Positions 1 through 12,267 of a stretch of DNA of 64,000 nt are shown here, in pieces. Under the pieces are notes generated by a model. It searched no databases. It worked only from the letters and a program-made list of their open reading frames with translations, and was not told where the DNA came from. Source of the stretch: Clostridiales bacterium DTU053 (GTDB taxonomy: Bacteria > Bacillota > Clostridia > Oscillospirales > Acutalibacteraceae); the NCBI GenBank assembly GCA_001512765.1, contig LFSO01000019.1:70969-134968 (forward strand). The letters are read 5' to 3'. How positions within the stretch are numbered: the first letter of the stretch is position 1; the number at the start of each line of letters is the position of its first letter. Position numbers and translations under genes: made by a program.

Positions 1-238
1 GCGAATCTTCCTTAATGGTAACAACTCTGCCCATAATGCCGCCCAGTGTGGTGATTTCATCGCCTATCTGGACGGAATCGCGCATTTCCTGCTCTTGCTT
101 GCGCCTTTTCTTCTCAGGCCTTAAAATAGTGAAATACATAAGAGCCATAAAAGGAATAAGCATCAGCAAAGAAGCAAAGGGATTTGCTCTGTTTGTGGTT
201 GCTTCATCAAGAAGATGCAAGGTAAAATCCAAATACAT
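1..238 (-). CDS. yajC: preprotein translocase subunit YajC (C-terminus runs off the window edge)
   Basis: Manual minus-strand translation from ATG 238-236 gives MYLDFTLHLLDEATTNRANPFASLLMLIPFMALMYFTILRPEKKRRKQEQEMRDSVQIGDEITTLGGIMGRVVTIKEDS. It has one TM helix, then LRPxxKR and a GDxxxTxGGIxG motif typical of YajC. GGAGGA lies 6 nt upstream. It is not in the ORF track because it is open at the edge. Confidence 0.85.
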   Translation of the reverse strand, partial: MYLDFTLHLLDEATTNRANPFASLLMLIPFMALMYFTILRPEKKRRKQEQEMRDSVQIGDEITTLGGIMGRVVTIKEDS

Positions 239-267
239 TTTTTGTCCTCCATTTTTATTCTCGCTTT

Positions 268-296
268 ATTATATAGTTTCCTCAATACTAATGCAA
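268..296 (-). promoter_or_regulatory. sigma-A-type promoter for yajC
   Basis: Minus strand reads TTGCAT (296-291), a 17-nt spacer, then TATAAT (273-268), about 30 nt upstream of the yajC start. Confidence 0.45.
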
Positions 297-349
297 GACT
301 ATTATTTAGCAAAGCGGTTATTTTTTGCACAAAAAATAATAATTATAAA

Positions 350-381
350 AGAGAAAAAGCGCAGCAAGAACTGCGCTTTTT
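350..381 (-). terminator. intrinsic terminator after the DUF3298 gene (palindromic, usable in both directions)
   Basis: AAAAAGCGCAG (354-364), loop caagaa, CTGCGCTTTTT (371-381). Uridine tracts are present on both strands. Confidence 0.6.
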
Positions 382-422
382 CCATGCTGTGTTCTGTATT
401 GGTAGGGGGGATTGTCACTTTA

Positions 423-1103
423 TCAGCATGAAGGCGGGTACTTAAGCATACTGTAAGGAATTGTAAAGGTGGGAGTGCCTGAAGCATAGGGGGCAATCTC
501 GTATTCCTGATAGTAGATTACAAGTCCCGGGGTCGGACCCGCGTCAGTCAGATAGTAGCTTTCGGGGTCGAAATTCTGCTCCATAAGCTCGGCATAATTT
601 TCAAAGTATATTGACGGGTCGGCGTCTGCCTGACGGATTGCCTCGGTCAGGATTATGTTCTTGTAATCAGCTCCCCTTTCAAAGTAGTCGGAAATGGGAA
701 TCAGCCTTCCCGTTCTTATGTTCCATGTATCGGAGCGCTTTTCGGTGGTGCCGTGGGCTCCTCCCGTGTATTGGAACATCTCTCTGAAAATGCTCAGGTG
801 GCAGTTTCTGTTGTACTCCACATTATAGGACAGTACAGCGGAAAACTCTCTGAAGGGGTAGCCGTTCTGCATTGCGTTTCTGTATTCGCTTACGGCCTCC
901 CTGTAAAGCTGGTTTCTTACATAATTCCAAAAGGAATTTACCTGACTTCTTATTCTGCCGTTAATAATCGCGGCGGCTCTGTTTCCTATTCCCGATACTA
1001 CGGGGTATTCCATTTCAACATTAAGCACTTCGGTGCCTCTGTAATAAAAGCTGCGTTCTACGCTGCGCAATGTCACCTGCGCGCTCTGGAATGTACTATA
1101 CAT
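423..1103 (-). CDS. DUF3298/DUF4163 domain protein (RsiV/PdaC C-terminal-like)
   Basis: 226-aa ORF. YTGGAHG and the terminal IYYQEYEIAPYASG pattern are typical of DUF3298. GGAGG lies 7 nt upstream of the ATG. Confidence 0.6.
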   Translation of the reverse strand: MYSTFQSAQVTLRSVERSFYYRGTEVLNVEMEYPVVSGIGNRAAAIINGRIRSQVNSFWNYVRNQLYREAVSEYRNAMQNGYPFREFSAVLSYNVEYNRNCHLSIFREMFQYTGGAHGTTEKRSDTWNIRTGRLIPISDYFERGADYKNIILTEAIRQADADPSIYFENYAELMEQNFDPESYYLTDAGPTPGLVIYYQEYEIAPYASGTPTFTIPYSMLKYPPSC

Positions 1104-1179
1104 TGTGATACCTCCGACTCTTTATTACCCTGTTACATTCTATGCAAAGGGCAAATTTAGGACACAGAAAGTCGGAGAC

Positions 1180-1207
1180 AAAAAAATACCCTTAGAAATC
1201 TAAGGGC
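1180..1207 (-). terminator. intrinsic terminator ending the ilv-leu operon
   Basis: Minus strand reads CCCTTAG-attt-CTAAGGG followed by TATTTTTTTG, directly downstream of the leuB stop. Confidence 0.65.
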
Positions 1208-1223
1208 ATTTTGGTTTGTGCAA

Positions 1224-2276
1224 TTATATAAGTTTAAGCAGTTCTTCGGTAATTTCTGCGGTATTCTTGTCGCCGCCAAGGTCTCTTGTAAGGAATCCTT
1301 TGTTAAGAACTTCCTCAACTGCGTTTTCAATCTCTTTAGCCTCTGCTTCGAGATTAAAGGAGTATCTGAGCATCATGGCGACTGAGAGAATTGTGGCCAA
1401 GGGGTTTGCTATGCCCTTGCCGGCAATGTCGGGGGCGGAGCCGTGAATGGGCTCGTACATTCCCCTTGTGCCCTCGCCGAGAGAGGCGGAGGGGAGCATA
1501 CCGATTGAGCCTGTGAGCTGGGAGGCTTCGTCTGAGAGAATGTCGCCGAACATATTTGATGTGACTATAACATCAAACTGCGCCGGGTCTCTTATAAGCT
1601 GCATTGCTGCGTTGTCAACAAGCATGTCCGAATACTCAACATCGGGGTATTCCTCGGCAAGACGATGCATAGTCTCTCTCCAAAGCCTTGAGCTTTCAAG
1701 GACATTCGCCTTGTCGATGCTTGTGAGCTTCTTGTTTCTCTTTAAGGCGGTTTCAAAGCCTACTCTGCCGATGCGCTCGATTTCTTTTACGGTGTAGTAC
1801 TCGGTATCGAAAGCGGCCTCGCCCATTTGGCCGGCGTCTTCTCTGCCGCTTTTGCCGAAGTAAATGCCGCCTGTAAGCTCTCTTATAATGACTATGTCAA
1901 AGGAGGCTGCGCTCCTTAAAGGACATCTTTCGGTAAGGGCGGAATAAAGGGTTGCGGGACGGATGTTGGCATAAAGTCCAAGGGCTTTTCTGACACCCAG
2001 AAGCGCCTTTTCGGGGCGGAGATGTCCGGGCAGTGTGTCCCACTTGGGACCGCCGACAGCGCCCAGAATTACGCTGTCGCTTTCAAGGCAGCCCTTTAAG
2101 GTTTCTTCGGGCAGCGGAACGCCCACTGCGTCAATGGCGCAGCCGCCCGCAAGGTACTCGTTGTATTTAACGGTATGATTGTATTTGGAGCAGATTCTGT
2201 TAAGAACCGCAATCGCGCTGTCAACGATTTCGGGGCCGATTCCGTCGCCTTTAAGCAAAGCTAAGTTGAAATTCAT
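1224..2276 (-). CDS. leuB: 3-isopropylmalate dehydrogenase
   Basis: 350 aa. [13 protein letters not shown]-terminus and [14 protein letters not shown] signature of the isopropylmalate/isocitrate dehydrogenase family. 1-nt overlap with leuD. Confidence 0.95.
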   Translation of the reverse strand: MNFNLALLKGDGIGPEIVDSAIAVLNRICSKYNHTVKYNEYLAGGCAIDAVGVPLPEETLKGCLESDSVILGAVGGPKWDTLPGHLRPEKALLGVRKALGLYANIRPATLYSALTERCPLRSAASFDIVIIRELTGGIYFGKSGREDAGQMGEAAFDTEYYTVKEIERIGRVGFETALKRNKKLTSIDKANVLESSRLWRETMHRLAEEYPDVEYSDMLVDNAAMQLIRDPAQFDVIVTSNMFGDILSDEASQLTGSIGMLPSASLGEGTRGMYEPIHGSAPDIAGKGIANPLATILSVAMMLRYSFNLEAEAKEIENAVEEVLNKGFLTRDLGGDKNTAEITEELLKLI

Positions 2277-2779
2277 TATTCCTTACCTCCGAAAATATTA
2301 GCGTTCACGGCTTCGACAAGTCCGCCCTTTTCGATAATAGCCTGAATGAAGGGAGGGAAGGCGGCAGCCTTGTACTGCTTATTCTTTGTGTAGTTGACAA
2401 TGACACCGCTGTCAAAGTCCATGCCGATTTCGTCGCCGTTTTCAGCGTCGGCGACAGCCTCGGGGCACTCTATGATGGGAAGTCCGATATTAATAGCGTT
2501 GCGGTAGAAAATTCTCGCGAAGCTGTTGGCTATGATAAGAGCGATGCCGCTCTCCTTAATGGCGATGGGGCCATGCTCCCTTGATGAGCCGCAGCCGAAG
2601 TTGTTGCCCGCAACGAGAATGTCGCCGGGGTTTATTTTCTTATGGAAGTCTTTGTCAAGGTCCTCCATGCAGTGGGAGGCAAGCTCCTTTTTGTCGGTGG
2701 TATTAAGGTATCTTGCGGGGATTATAACATCGGTGTCGATGTTGTCGCCGTATTTTATTGCTTTGCCTTTGACATTCAT
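2276..2779 (-). CDS. leuD: 3-isopropylmalate dehydratase small subunit
   Basis: 167 aa. Aconitase swivel domain ([20 protein letters not shown]). Abuts leuC. Confidence 0.93.
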   Translation of the reverse strand: MNVKGKAIKYGDNIDTDVIIPARYLNTTDKKELASHCMEDLDKDFHKKINPGDILVAGNNFGCGSSREHGPIAIKESGIALIIANSFARIFYRNAINIGLPIIECPEAVADAENGDEIGMDFDSGVIVNYTKNKQYKAAAFPPFIQAIIEKGGLVEAVNANIFGGKE

Positions 2780-4048
2780 CTACATAACCTCCTTAGGCTC
2801 GGAAATGCGGCCGGTGATTGCGCTTGCTGCGGCAACCTCAGGGCTTGCGAGATAGACTTCTGACTCGGGGTGGCCCATTCTGCCGACAAAGTTTCTGTTG
2901 GTGGTGGCTACTGCCCTTTCGCCCTTGGCGAGAATGCCCATGTGTCCGCCAAGGCAGGGGCCGCATGTGGGTGTTGAAACGAGAGCGCCAGCTTCGATAA
3001 AGGTCTTTAAGACGCCCATTTCCATAGCCTCGAGGTAAATCTTCTGTGTGGCGGGAATGACTATGACCCTGACGCCCTTTTTGACCTTTTTGCCCTTTAA
3101 GATTTCGGCAGCCTTTACAAGGTCCTCAAGTCTGCCGTTTGTGCATGAGCCGATGACAACCTGGTCTATCTTGACTTCGCCTATCTGGTCAAAGGTGCGG
3201 ACATTGGAGGGAAGGTGCGGGAACGCTACTGTGGGGGTAATTTCGCTGAGGTCAATCTCGTAAACCTCATCATATACGGCGTCCTCGTCAGCCTTGTAGA
3301 TGACGGGCTCCTTTGCGCCTGCCTCTTTGAGGAACTGGAGAGTCTTGTCGTCAACCTCAAAGATGCCGTTCTTTGCGCCTGCCTCAATTGCCATGTTGGC
3401 AATGCAGAGCCTGTCGCTGACGCTAAGCTCGGCTACGCCCTCGCCTGTGTACTCCATTGATTTGTAGAGGGCTCCGTCAACGCCGATTTTGCCGATGATG
3501 TGGAGTATTACATCCTTGCCGGATACCCATTTGTTCAGCTTGCCTTTGAGAACGAACTTAATTGCCGAGGGAACTTTGAGCCATGCCTTGCCCGTTGCCA
3601 TGCCGCATGCCATATCGGTGGAGCCAACGCCTGTTGAGAAAGCGCCCAGAGCGCCGTATGTACAGGTGTGGGAGTCCGCGCCGATTACAAGGTCGCCTGC
3701 GGTTACAAGTCCCTTTTCGGGCAGAAGCGCGTGCTCAACGCCCATTTCTCCGCCGTCAAAGAAGTTTACAATGCCTTTTTCATTCGCAAAGTCGCGGCAC
3801 TTCTTGCACTGCTCTGCTGCCTTAATATCCTTGTTGGGAGCAAAGTGGTCCATAACAAGGGAGATTTTGTTTTTGTCGAAAACATTTTCTTTGCCGAACC
3901 TGCCGAACTCGTTTATCGCGACGGGCGCGGTAACATCGTTGGCAAGAACCATGTCAAGGTCGACGAGAACCAGCTCGCCCGCTTCGACATAGGGCTTTCC
4001 TGCGTGGGCTGCAAGAATCTTTTGGGTCATTGTCATTGGTTTATTCAC
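2780..4048 (-). CDS. leuC: 3-isopropylmalate dehydratase large subunit
   Basis: 422 aa. Aconitase-family motifs [26 protein letters not shown] and [12 protein letters not shown] start with GGGAGG 7 nt upstream. Confidence 0.93.
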   Translation of the reverse strand: MNKPMTMTQKILAAHAGKPYVEAGELVLVDLDMVLANDVTAPVAINEFGRFGKENVFDKNKISLVMDHFAPNKDIKAAEQCKKCRDFANEKGIVNFFDGGEMGVEHALLPEKGLVTAGDLVIGADSHTCTYGALGAFSTGVGSTDMACGMATGKAWLKVPSAIKFVLKGKLNKWVSGKDVILHIIGKIGVDGALYKSMEYTGEGVAELSVSDRLCIANMAIEAGAKNGIFEVDDKTLQFLKEAGAKEPVIYKADEDAVYDEVYEIDLSEITPTVAFPHLPSNVRTFDQIGEVKIDQVVIGSCTNGRLEDLVKAAEILKGKKVKKGVRVIVIPATQKIYLEAMEMGVLKTFIEAGALVSTPTCGPCLGGHMGILAKGERAVATTNRNFVGRMGHPESEVYLASPEVAAASAITGRISEPKEVM

Positions 4049-4067
4049 AGTTTTACCTCCCGAAAGT

Positions 4068-5636
4068 TTAAGGTCGTGCCAGCTTATACTCTAAGGAATC
4101 GATGAGAGCTATCAAGCTGGCTTCTATAATATCGTTGGAAACGCCTATTGTTGTCCATGAACCTGTATCGTCGGAGCTTTCGATAAGAACCCTTACCTTT
4201 GCGGCTGTCGTGCTGTTCTGCTCGAGCACGCGAACCTTATAGTCGGTGAGCACAACATTGCGGATTTGCGGGTAGAAAACCGAAAGGGCTTTTCTGAGCG
4301 CAAGGTCGAGAGCGTTGACGGGACCGTTGCCCATCTCCGCTGTGATTTCCTCCTTGCCGTCAACCTGAACCTGAACCGTCGCATAGGCGGGCAGGGTGCC
4401 CTCCTTTACGGGGTAGTCGCCCATGGTTTTGAACATGACGATTTTGAAGTGGGGCGTAAAGGTACCCAGAACTCTTCTTACAAGCAGCTCAAAGCTGGCG
4501 TCGGCTGCTTCGAAATGATAGCCGAAATGCTCAAGCTCTTTAAGCTGCTTTAAAATCTCGGCAATTTCGGGAGAATCCTTTGAAAGATGAGGCGCTAAGT
4601 ACCTTATCTTCTCCACAACGGTGCTTCTGCCCGAAACTTCGGACATAAGGAAACGCCTCTGGTTGCCGACGGCTTCGGGGTTGATGTGCTCGAATGAGCG
4701 GGAGAGCTTCAAAACTCCGTCGATATGCATGCCCGCTTTATGAGCAAAGGCGCTTGCCCCGGTGTAGGGCTTTGAGTTGTCAATCTGTGTATTGGCAATC
4801 TCGGCAATCTTTCTTGCGGAATTAAAGAGCGAAGAAACATCGCCCGAGCAGTTAAGACCCTTTTTGAGCTTGAGATTGGGGACTATGATGCTCAGGTCCG
4901 CGTTGCCGCACCTTTCGCCGATTCCCGTAAAGGTGCCCTGAACATGAACCGCTCCCGCCTCAACCGCCATCATGGAGTTGGCTACGGCGCAGCCAGTGTC
5001 GTTGTGGCAGTGGATACCGATTTTCTTATCGGGATATTTCTCTACAACAACCTTTGTGATTTCGTAGACCTCAAGGGGCATGCAGCCGCCGTTGGTGTCG
5101 CAGAGCACAAGTGTGTCCGCTCCGCCCTTTACGGCAGCCTCAAGGGCTGAGAGGGCGTAAGCAGGGTTTTCCTTATATCCGTCAAAGAAATGCTCGGCGT
5201 CAAAAATTACCTCTTTGCCGCAGGATTTAAGGTAAGAAACGGTGTTCTCGATAATCTCAAGATTATTCTCAAGGCTGATTTTAAGGATTTGGGTTACATG
5301 CAGATCCCACGACTTGCCGAAAATCGCAACGGCGGGGGTATTGGCGCTCAATAGCGACTTGATGTTGGCATCGTCTTTAGGCTCAATTCCGTACCTTGCC
5401 GTGCTGCCGAAAGCGCATAGCTTCGCGTTCTTGAGCTTGAGCTTCGACGCCTGATTGAAGAAATCCAAATCCTTTGGGTTTGAGCCGGGGTTGCCCGCCT
5501 CTATATAGTCAAAACCGAAATCGTCAATTGCTTTTACGATGTTCAGCTTATCGTTTACGGAAAATGAGATTCCTTCGCTTTGGGCTCCGTCGCGTAGCGT
5601 TGAGTCAAAGATTTCTATTCTTTTTTCGCTGTTCAT
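4068..5636 (-). CDS. cimA: (R)-citramalate synthase (LeuA-related, long form)
   Basis: 522 aa. [24 protein letters not shown]-like barrel plus a C-terminal LeuA-dimer domain. The [11 protein letters not shown] pattern resembles the citramalate-synthase branch rather than the canonical LeuA encoded next door. The substrate call is an inference. Confidence 0.7.
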   Translation of the reverse strand: MNSEKRIEIFDSTLRDGAQSEGISFSVNDKLNIVKAIDDFGFDYIEAGNPGSNPKDLDFFNQASKLKLKNAKLCAFGSTARYGIEPKDDANIKSLLSANTPAVAIFGKSWDLHVTQILKISLENNLEIIENTVSYLKSCGKEVIFDAEHFFDGYKENPAYALSALEAAVKGGADTLVLCDTNGGCMPLEVYEITKVVVEKYPDKKIGIHCHNDTGCAVANSMMAVEAGAVHVQGTFTGIGERCGNADLSIIVPNLKLKKGLNCSGDVSSLFNSARKIAEIANTQIDNSKPYTGASAFAHKAGMHIDGVLKLSRSFEHINPEAVGNQRRFLMSEVSGRSTVVEKIRYLAPHLSKDSPEIAEILKQLKELEHFGYHFEAADASFELLVRRVLGTFTPHFKIVMFKTMGDYPVKEGTLPAYATVQVQVDGKEEITAEMGNGPVNALDLALRKALSVFYPQIRNVVLTDYKVRVLEQNSTTAAKVRVLIESSDDTGSWTTIGVSNDIIEASLIALIDSLEYKLARP

Positions 5637-5660
5637 TAATTTGCACCCTCCAAACGAAGC

Positions 5661-7166
5661 TCAAAAACCTAGAAGTTTGTTGATTCCGTTAATATACGCA
5701 AGAATACTGGACTCGATAATGTCGGTTGAAAGTCCTTTGCCTGTAATTGTTCTGTCGCCTGAGCGCAGTCTGACCGTAACTTCGCCCAGAGCGTCGTTGC
5801 CGTCGCTGACGGAGTGAATCGAGTAGCTGCTCATCTCCTCGCAGACATTGCCCGTAATCTTATCTATGGCGTTGTACGCGGCGTTAATCGGGCCGTCGCC
5901 GAGGGAAACCTCCTCGAATACCTCGTCGTCGCGCCTGAGCCTTATTACGCAAGTGGACTTGGAATCCTTGGTGGTATGGACATCGAAGAACTCGAGTGTA
6001 TATTTGCTCTCTGCCCTCTCCTTAAAATTTACAAGGGCTTCTATATCGCTGTCGGTAACAACCTTTTTTCTGTCGCAGAGCTCCTTGAATCTCTTGTAGA
6101 AATCCTCGAACTCGGCGTCGGAAAGGCTGTAGCCCAGCTCTTCAAGTCTGTCAATAAGGGCGTGCTTGCCCGAGTGCTTGCCGAGTATGAGCTTTCTCTT
6201 GGGGATGCCCAGTTCCTCGGGGGACATAATCTCATAGGTTGAACGCTCTGCCAGAACGCCGTGCTGGTGGATGCCCGATTCATGGGCAAAGGCGTTGGGT
6301 CCGACAATGGGCTTTGTGAGAGCGGGCGACTGACCTATGATGCTGTAAACCAGCTTGCTGGTTTTGTTAATCTGAGTGGTATTGATGTTTGTGTAGGCAT
6401 TTACAAGGTCCTTGCGGGTCTTGATTGCCATTACGATTTCCTCAAGGGCCGCGTTGCCTGCCCTTTCGCCCAGACCGTTGACGGTGCACTCAATCTGAGA
6501 CGCGCCCGCCATAATACCCGCAAAGGAGTTTGCCACTGCCATGCCGAGGTCGTTATGGCAGTGCATGGAGATATCCGCCTTATCTATGTTGGGCACATTG
6601 TTTCTCATATATGTAACCCTGTCGAATATCTCCTGGGGAGCGCAGTAGCCTACCGTGTCGGGGAGATTCACGGTGGTTGCTCCCGCGTCTATTACTGCCT
6701 CGATGACCTTTGCAAGGAATTCGGGTTCGCTGCGCATTGCGTCCTCTGCAGAGAACTCAATGTCCGAGCAGTATTTCTTTGCGTATTTAACCGCGTAGAC
6801 AGCCTTTTCAAGCACCTGCTCGGGGGTCATTTTGAGTTTGTACTGCATGTGTATCGGCGAGGTCGCAAGGAAAACATGGATTCTCGGGGAAACGGCATGC
6901 TTCAAAGCGTTGTACGCCGCATCGATATCCTTTTCAACAGCTCTTGCAAGGGAGGCAGTGGTGCAGTTCTTTAGCTCTTTTGCTATTACCTCCACTGACT
7001 TAAAGTCGCCGGGAGATGAGATTGCAAACCCTGCTTCGATAATGTCAACGCCCAAAATCTCTAACTGCTTTGCTACCTCGATTTTTTCGTTTAAATTCAT
7101 GCTGCAGCCGGGAGCCTGTTCTCCATCTCTCAAGGTTGTATCGAATATCTTAATTCGCCTTTCCAC
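5661..7166 (-). CDS. leuA: 2-isopropylmalate synthase
   Basis: 501 aa. IKIFDTTLRDGEQAPG, HCHNDLGMAVANS and a C-terminal allosteric LeuA domain. Confidence 0.9.
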   Translation of the reverse strand: MERRIKIFDTTLRDGEQAPGCSMNLNEKIEVAKQLEILGVDIIEAGFAISSPGDFKSVEVIAKELKNCTTASLARAVEKDIDAAYNALKHAVSPRIHVFLATSPIHMQYKLKMTPEQVLEKAVYAVKYAKKYCSDIEFSAEDAMRSEPEFLAKVIEAVIDAGATTVNLPDTVGYCAPQEIFDRVTYMRNNVPNIDKADISMHCHNDLGMAVANSFAGIMAGASQIECTVNGLGERAGNAALEEIVMAIKTRKDLVNAYTNINTTQINKTSKLVYSIIGQSPALTKPIVGPNAFAHESGIHQHGVLAERSTYEIMSPEELGIPKRKLILGKHSGKHALIDRLEELGYSLSDAEFEDFYKRFKELCDRKKVVTDSDIEALVNFKERAESKYTLEFFDVHTTKDSKSTCVIRLRRDDEVFEEVSLGDGPINAAYNAIDKITGNVCEEMSSYSIHSVSDGNDALGEVTVRLRSGDRTITGKGLSTDIIESSILAYINGINKLLGF

Positions 7167-7198
7167 AGCCGCTTCTCCTCCTTATCGTCGTTGTAGTG

Positions 7199-8866
7199 TT
7201 ATTCTATTACTGCGCCTTTATCCGCAGATGAAACAAGTCTTGCGTACTTTGCTATGTAGCCTGTAAGATTTGTCTTTTTCTTAATCTCGGTTGTTTTCTT
7301 TCTGTTTTCGAACTCTTCTTCGGAAATCTCAACATTCAAGCTGTTCTCGGGGATATTGATGCTGATGATATCTCCGTCTTTGATGTAGGCAATCGGGCCG
7401 CCTGCCGCCGCCTCGGGCGAAACATGGCCTATTGAGGCTCCCCTTGTGGCGCCTGAGAAACGACCGTCGGTAATAAGGGCTACCTCCTTGTCAAGTCCCA
7501 TGCCCGCTATTGCGGAGGTGGGGGAAAGCATCTCCCTCATACCGGGACCGCCTGCGGGACCCTCATAGCGGATTACCACAACATCTCCGCTCTTTATTTC
7601 CTTATTATATATGGCCTTGATTGCCTCTTCCTCGCTGTCAAACACCCTTGCGGGTCCCTTGTGAACGAGCATTTCGGGGTCAACGGCGCTCTGCTTTACG
7701 ACCGCTCCGTCGGGCGCAAGGTTGCCTCTTAATACCGCTATGCCGCCTGTTTTGGAATAGGGGTTGTCGATGGGTCTGATTACTGTCGGGTCGGTAATGG
7801 TGTAGGTCTGACCCTTGATTGCCTCACCTATCGTTACTCCCATGGCGGTCATGGCGTCGGCGTTTATAAGACCTGCGTCTAATAGAACATCCATAACCTT
7901 ATAGACGCCGCCAGCGTTGTAAAGGTCCTGCATGTGGTGCTTGCCCGCGGGTGCCAGTTTGCAGAGATTGGGTGTTCTCTTGCTGACTTCGTTGATAATG
8001 TCGAGATTCAGTTTAACTTTGGCCTCGTGCGCCACTGCCATAAGGTGCAGAACGGAGTTTGTGGAGCAGCCGAGCGCCATATCTACTGCGAGGGCGTTCA
8101 TAAATGCTTTTTCGGTCAGAACATCTAAGGGGCGGACATTCTTCTCCAAGGTTTCGACAATCTGCTCGCCTGCGGCTTTCGCAAGTCTGATTCTTTTTGC
8201 GTATACCGCGGGGATTGTGCCGTTGCCCGGCAGCGCCATGCCTATTGCTTCGGTAAGGCAATTCATTGAGTTCGCTGTGAACATACCTGAGCAGGAGCCG
8301 CAGCCGGGGCAGCAGTTCTCCTCTACCTCCCAAAGCTCCTTTTCGGTGATTTTGCCGCTCTTGTATGCTCCGACAGCCTCAAAGGAACTGTTAAGGTCAA
8401 GTCCGCGTCCGCTCGCGTCATTAAGTGACAGCATGGGACCGCCGGAAACGAAAATGCTGGGGAGATTTAGCCTTGCCGCTGCCATAAGCATGGCGGGGAC
8501 AATCTTGTCGCAGTTGGGGATAAATACAAGGGCGTCAAAACCGTGAGCCATAACCATGCACTCAATGCTGTCGGCTATTACCTCCCTTGATGAAAGGGAA
8601 TAGCTCATGCCCCTGTGACCCATGGCGATTCCGTCGCATACTCCTATGACATTGAACTCAATGGGAGTGCCGCCGCCGGCAAGAACACCGTCCTTAACCG
8701 CTCTGGAAATTGTCTGAAGGTGGATATGTCCGGGGATAATCTCGTTAAAGGAGTTTACTATGCCTATAAGCGGCTTTTTAAGCTGATTATCCGTATATCC
8801 CATTGCCTTGAAAAGAGCTCTGTGGGGAGTTCTTTCAGGGCCTTTTTTAACTGTGTCGCTTCTCAT
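7199..8866 (-). CDS. ilvD: dihydroxy-acid dehydratase
   Basis: IlvD/Edd family ([42 protein letters not shown]). ATG at 8866 with an upstream GGGTGGTG is preferred over the in-frame TTG at 8881. Confidence 0.95.
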   Translation of the reverse strand: MRSDTVKKGPERTPHRALFKAMGYTDNQLKKPLIGIVNSFNEIIPGHIHLQTISRAVKDGVLAGGGTPIEFNVIGVCDGIAMGHRGMSYSLSSREVIADSIECMVMAHGFDALVFIPNCDKIVPAMLMAAARLNLPSIFVSGGPMLSLNDASGRGLDLNSSFEAVGAYKSGKITEKELWEVEENCCPGCGSCSGMFTANSMNCLTEAIGMALPGNGTIPAVYAKRIRLAKAAGEQIVETLEKNVRPLDVLTEKAFMNALAVDMALGCSTNSVLHLMAVAHEAKVKLNLDIINEVSKRTPNLCKLAPAGKHHMQDLYNAGGVYKVMDVLLDAGLINADAMTAMGVTIGEAIKGQTYTITDPTVIRPIDNPYSKTGGIAVLRGNLAPDGAVVKQSAVDPEMLVHKGPARVFDSEEEAIKAIYNKEIKSGDVVVIRYEGPAGGPGMREMLSPTSAIAGMGLDKEVALITDGRFSGATRGASIGHVSPEAAAGGPIAYIKDGDIISINIPENSLNVEISEEEFENRKKTTEIKKKTNLTGYIAKYARLVSSADKGAVIE

Positions 8867-8921
8867 ATTTACACCACCCAAAACGCTCGCCCTCTTTTCT
8901 TTTTATTTAGGGTGCAGACTG

Positions 8922-9920
<999 letters not shown>

Positions 9921-9951
9921 TTACTCCTTTATATAAGAATTTAAGTTCTGA

Positions 9952-10467
9952 TTAATCCTCATTGTATTCGCCGTTCAAAGCGCCTGGGCCTCTCTTGACC
10001 GCCAAAGCTCCCGCCCTGCAAAGCTCGATAATTCCAAAGGTCTTGGCATAGTCAATAAATGCGTCCAGCTTGGAGCTTTCGCCTGTCATTTCGATTGTGA
10101 CCGAGTCGGCGTTAAAGTCTATAACCTTTGCTCTGAAGATGTTTGCGGCTTCGGTAATCTCCGAAATGGAATGCCCTTTAATGTCGAGCTTTATAAGCAT
10201 GTGCTCCCTTAACACGGTTGCGTCCGCGGGCAATAGCTCGACCTTTTTGACATCCCTGAGCTTTGAGAGCTGTTTTACTATTTGGTTTTTGATATAGTCG
10301 TCGCCTGTGACTATGATTGTCATTCTTGAAAACTTGGGGTCCTCGGTTTCGCTGACATTAAGGCTGTCGATGTTGTAGCCTCTGCGGGAAAACAATCCCG
10401 AAACCCTTGTCAGCACGCCGAAATGGTTTGAAACGATAACTCCCAATATGAACTGGTCCTGACGCAT
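9952..10467 (-). CDS. ilvN: acetolactate synthase small (regulatory) subunit
   Basis: ACT-domain start ILGVIVSNHFGVLTRVSGLFSRRGYNIDSL. ATG 10467 sits behind GAGG. The track's upstream start at 10482 is a TTG overlapping the ilvB stop. Confidence 0.9.
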   Translation of the reverse strand: MRQDQFILGVIVSNHFGVLTRVSGLFSRRGYNIDSLNVSETEDPKFSRMTIIVTGDDYIKNQIVKQLSKLRDVKKVELLPADATVLREHMLIKLDIKGHSISEITEAANIFRAKVIDFNADSVTIEMTGESSKLDAFIDYAKTFGIIELCRAGALAVKRGPGALNGEYNED

Positions 10468-10478
10468 TTTCCTCAACC

Positions 10479-12152
10479 TCAATTCAATATAATGTCTTCG
10501 ATAGAGCCGCCCGCCGGAATCATCGGGTAAACATTTTCGTCCATATCTATAATGCAGTCGATAACTACCGGGCCGTCTGTCTGGAATGCCTTCTTCATTG
10601 CCGAGTCAAGCTCGCTCTCGTCTGTTATTCTGACGCCGGCGGCTCCGAAAGCCTTGGCAAGGCGGACAAAGTCTGTTTTTCTGTTCAGAGTTGTGTTGGA
10701 GTAGCGTTTTCCGAAGAACAGTGTCTGCCACTGACGAACCATGCCCAAAACTCCGTTGTTCATGATGACTATTCTTAGCGGCAGGTTCTGGGATACCGCT
10801 GTGGCAAGCTCGGTCAGATTCATTCCGAAACTGCCGTCGCCCGTTACAAGTACCGTTTGAGCTTTGCCCTTCGCTACCGACGCTCCGATTGCGGCTCCCA
10901 TGCCAAAGCCCATTGTTCCGAGTCCGCCGGAAGTCAGCAGCGTGCGAGGCTTGTAGAGCTTGTAGTTCTGGGCGGTCCACATCTGGTGCTGACCTACATC
11001 GGTTACGACGATTGTGTCTTTGCTTGTGCAGTTTTGAAGCGCCGCGATAATCTTTTGGGGTGTGAGCCTGCCGACATTTTGCGGCGCGTACTTTTCTTCG
11101 TCGGCTCTAAGCTCGTCAATTCTTCTCTGCCAGGGTGTTCTGTCCTTATCCTCTATAAGGGGCAGGAGCCTTCCCACCGCGTTCTTTATGTCTCCCGCTG
11201 AGCTTATGGTGGAGTCGATATTCTTATTAAGCTCCGCCGGGTCGATGTCTATGTGAATGATTTTGGCGTCTCTCTTGAATTTGTTCTTGTCGCCCGTTGC
11301 TCTGTCGCTGAATCTTACGCCGAGGGCTATAATCAAATCCGCCTCATAGTTTGCCTTGGTGGAGCTGTAGCGGCCGTGCATGCCCATCATTCCCAGCCAG
11401 TTGGGGAAATCACGGGGAATTGAGGAAAGTCCCATGATGCTAAGACCTATCGGTGCGCCGAGTTTAAGCGAGAGAGCCTTTATTTCCTCCGAGGCGTCTG
11501 CGGCTATCACTCCGCCGCCGCAGTAGATGTAGGGACGCTCCGATGCGTTGATTAATGCCGCGCACTTTGAAAGGAAGTTGTCGGATACCTTTCTTTTCGG
11601 CTCAGCCTCAAGCATTCCTACAGGCTCGAACTCGCATTTAGCAAGCTGAATGTCTTTGGGCACATCGACAAGAACAGGGCCGGGTCTGCCGGACTTCGCG
11701 ACCACGAATGCCTCTCTGATAATGCTTGCCAAATCCTTAACATCTTTTACGATGTAGTTATGTTTGGTGATGGGCATTGTGATTCCCGTGCTGTCAACCT
11801 CCTGGAAGCTGTCGCGTCCAAGCATTGAAAGGGGTACATTGCCTGTGATTGCGACTATCGGGGTTGAATCCAGGAAAGCGGTCGCGATACCCGTAACAAG
11901 ATTTGTCACGCCGGGACCCGATGTGGCTATTACAACGCCTACCTTACCCGTGGCTCTTGCGTAGCCGTCCGCCGCGTGGGCGGCTCCCTGCTCGTGCGCC
12001 GTGATTATATGCTTAATTCTGTCCGAATTCTTGTATAGCTCATCATAGATGTTCAGGACGAAGCCTCCCGGATAACCAAACACGGTGTCACAGCCCTGTT
12101 CTATTAATGTTTCGATAATGATTTCGGCTCCGGTAAGCAGCATAATTATCAT
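10479..12152 (-). CDS. ilvB: acetolactate synthase large subunit (biosynthetic)
   Basis: 557 aa. ThDP-enzyme architecture with the GDGSFGMN ThDP-binding motif. First gene of the operon. Confidence 0.95.
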   Translation of the reverse strand: MIIMLLTGAEIIIETLIEQGCDTVFGYPGGFVLNIYDELYKNSDRIKHIITAHEQGAAHAADGYARATGKVGVVIATSGPGVTNLVTGIATAFLDSTPIVAITGNVPLSMLGRDSFQEVDSTGITMPITKHNYIVKDVKDLASIIREAFVVAKSGRPGPVLVDVPKDIQLAKCEFEPVGMLEAEPKRKVSDNFLSKCAALINASERPYIYCGGGVIAADASEEIKALSLKLGAPIGLSIMGLSSIPRDFPNWLGMMGMHGRYSSTKANYEADLIIALGVRFSDRATGDKNKFKRDAKIIHIDIDPAELNKNIDSTISSAGDIKNAVGRLLPLIEDKDRTPWQRRIDELRADEEKYAPQNVGRLTPQKIIAALQNCTSKDTIVVTDVGQHQMWTAQNYKLYKPRTLLTSGGLGTMGFGMGAAIGASVAKGKAQTVLVTGDGSFGMNLTELATAVSQNLPLRIVIMNNGVLGMVRQWQTLFFGKRYSNTTLNRKTDFVRLAKAFGAAGVRITDESELDSAMKKAFQTDGPVVIDCIIDMDENVYPMIPAGGSIEDIILN

Positions 12153-12203
12153 CCTTTCACAATATCTTTTTTTATCGCTTTAAAGTGATGTCGCTTGAAG
12201 GTA

Positions 12204-12240
12204 ATAAAAAAATCTTACAGTTTTTGCACTGTAAGATTCT
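12204..12240 (-). terminator. leader (attenuator) terminator upstream of ilvB
   Basis: Minus strand reads AATCTTACAG-tgcaaaaa-CTGTAAGATT followed by TTTTTTTAT. It lies 52 nt upstream of the ilvB ATG and 28 nt downstream of the leader-ORF stop. Confidence 0.75.
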
Positions 12241-12267
12241 GTCACAATTTGTAAATTCAGTTACAGC

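Noticed and set aside
15-431. 138-aa plus-strand ORF at the window start
   Set aside because: It is antisense to the clearly recognisable yajC, has low-complexity hydrophobic content and has no RBS. It is a shadow ORF.
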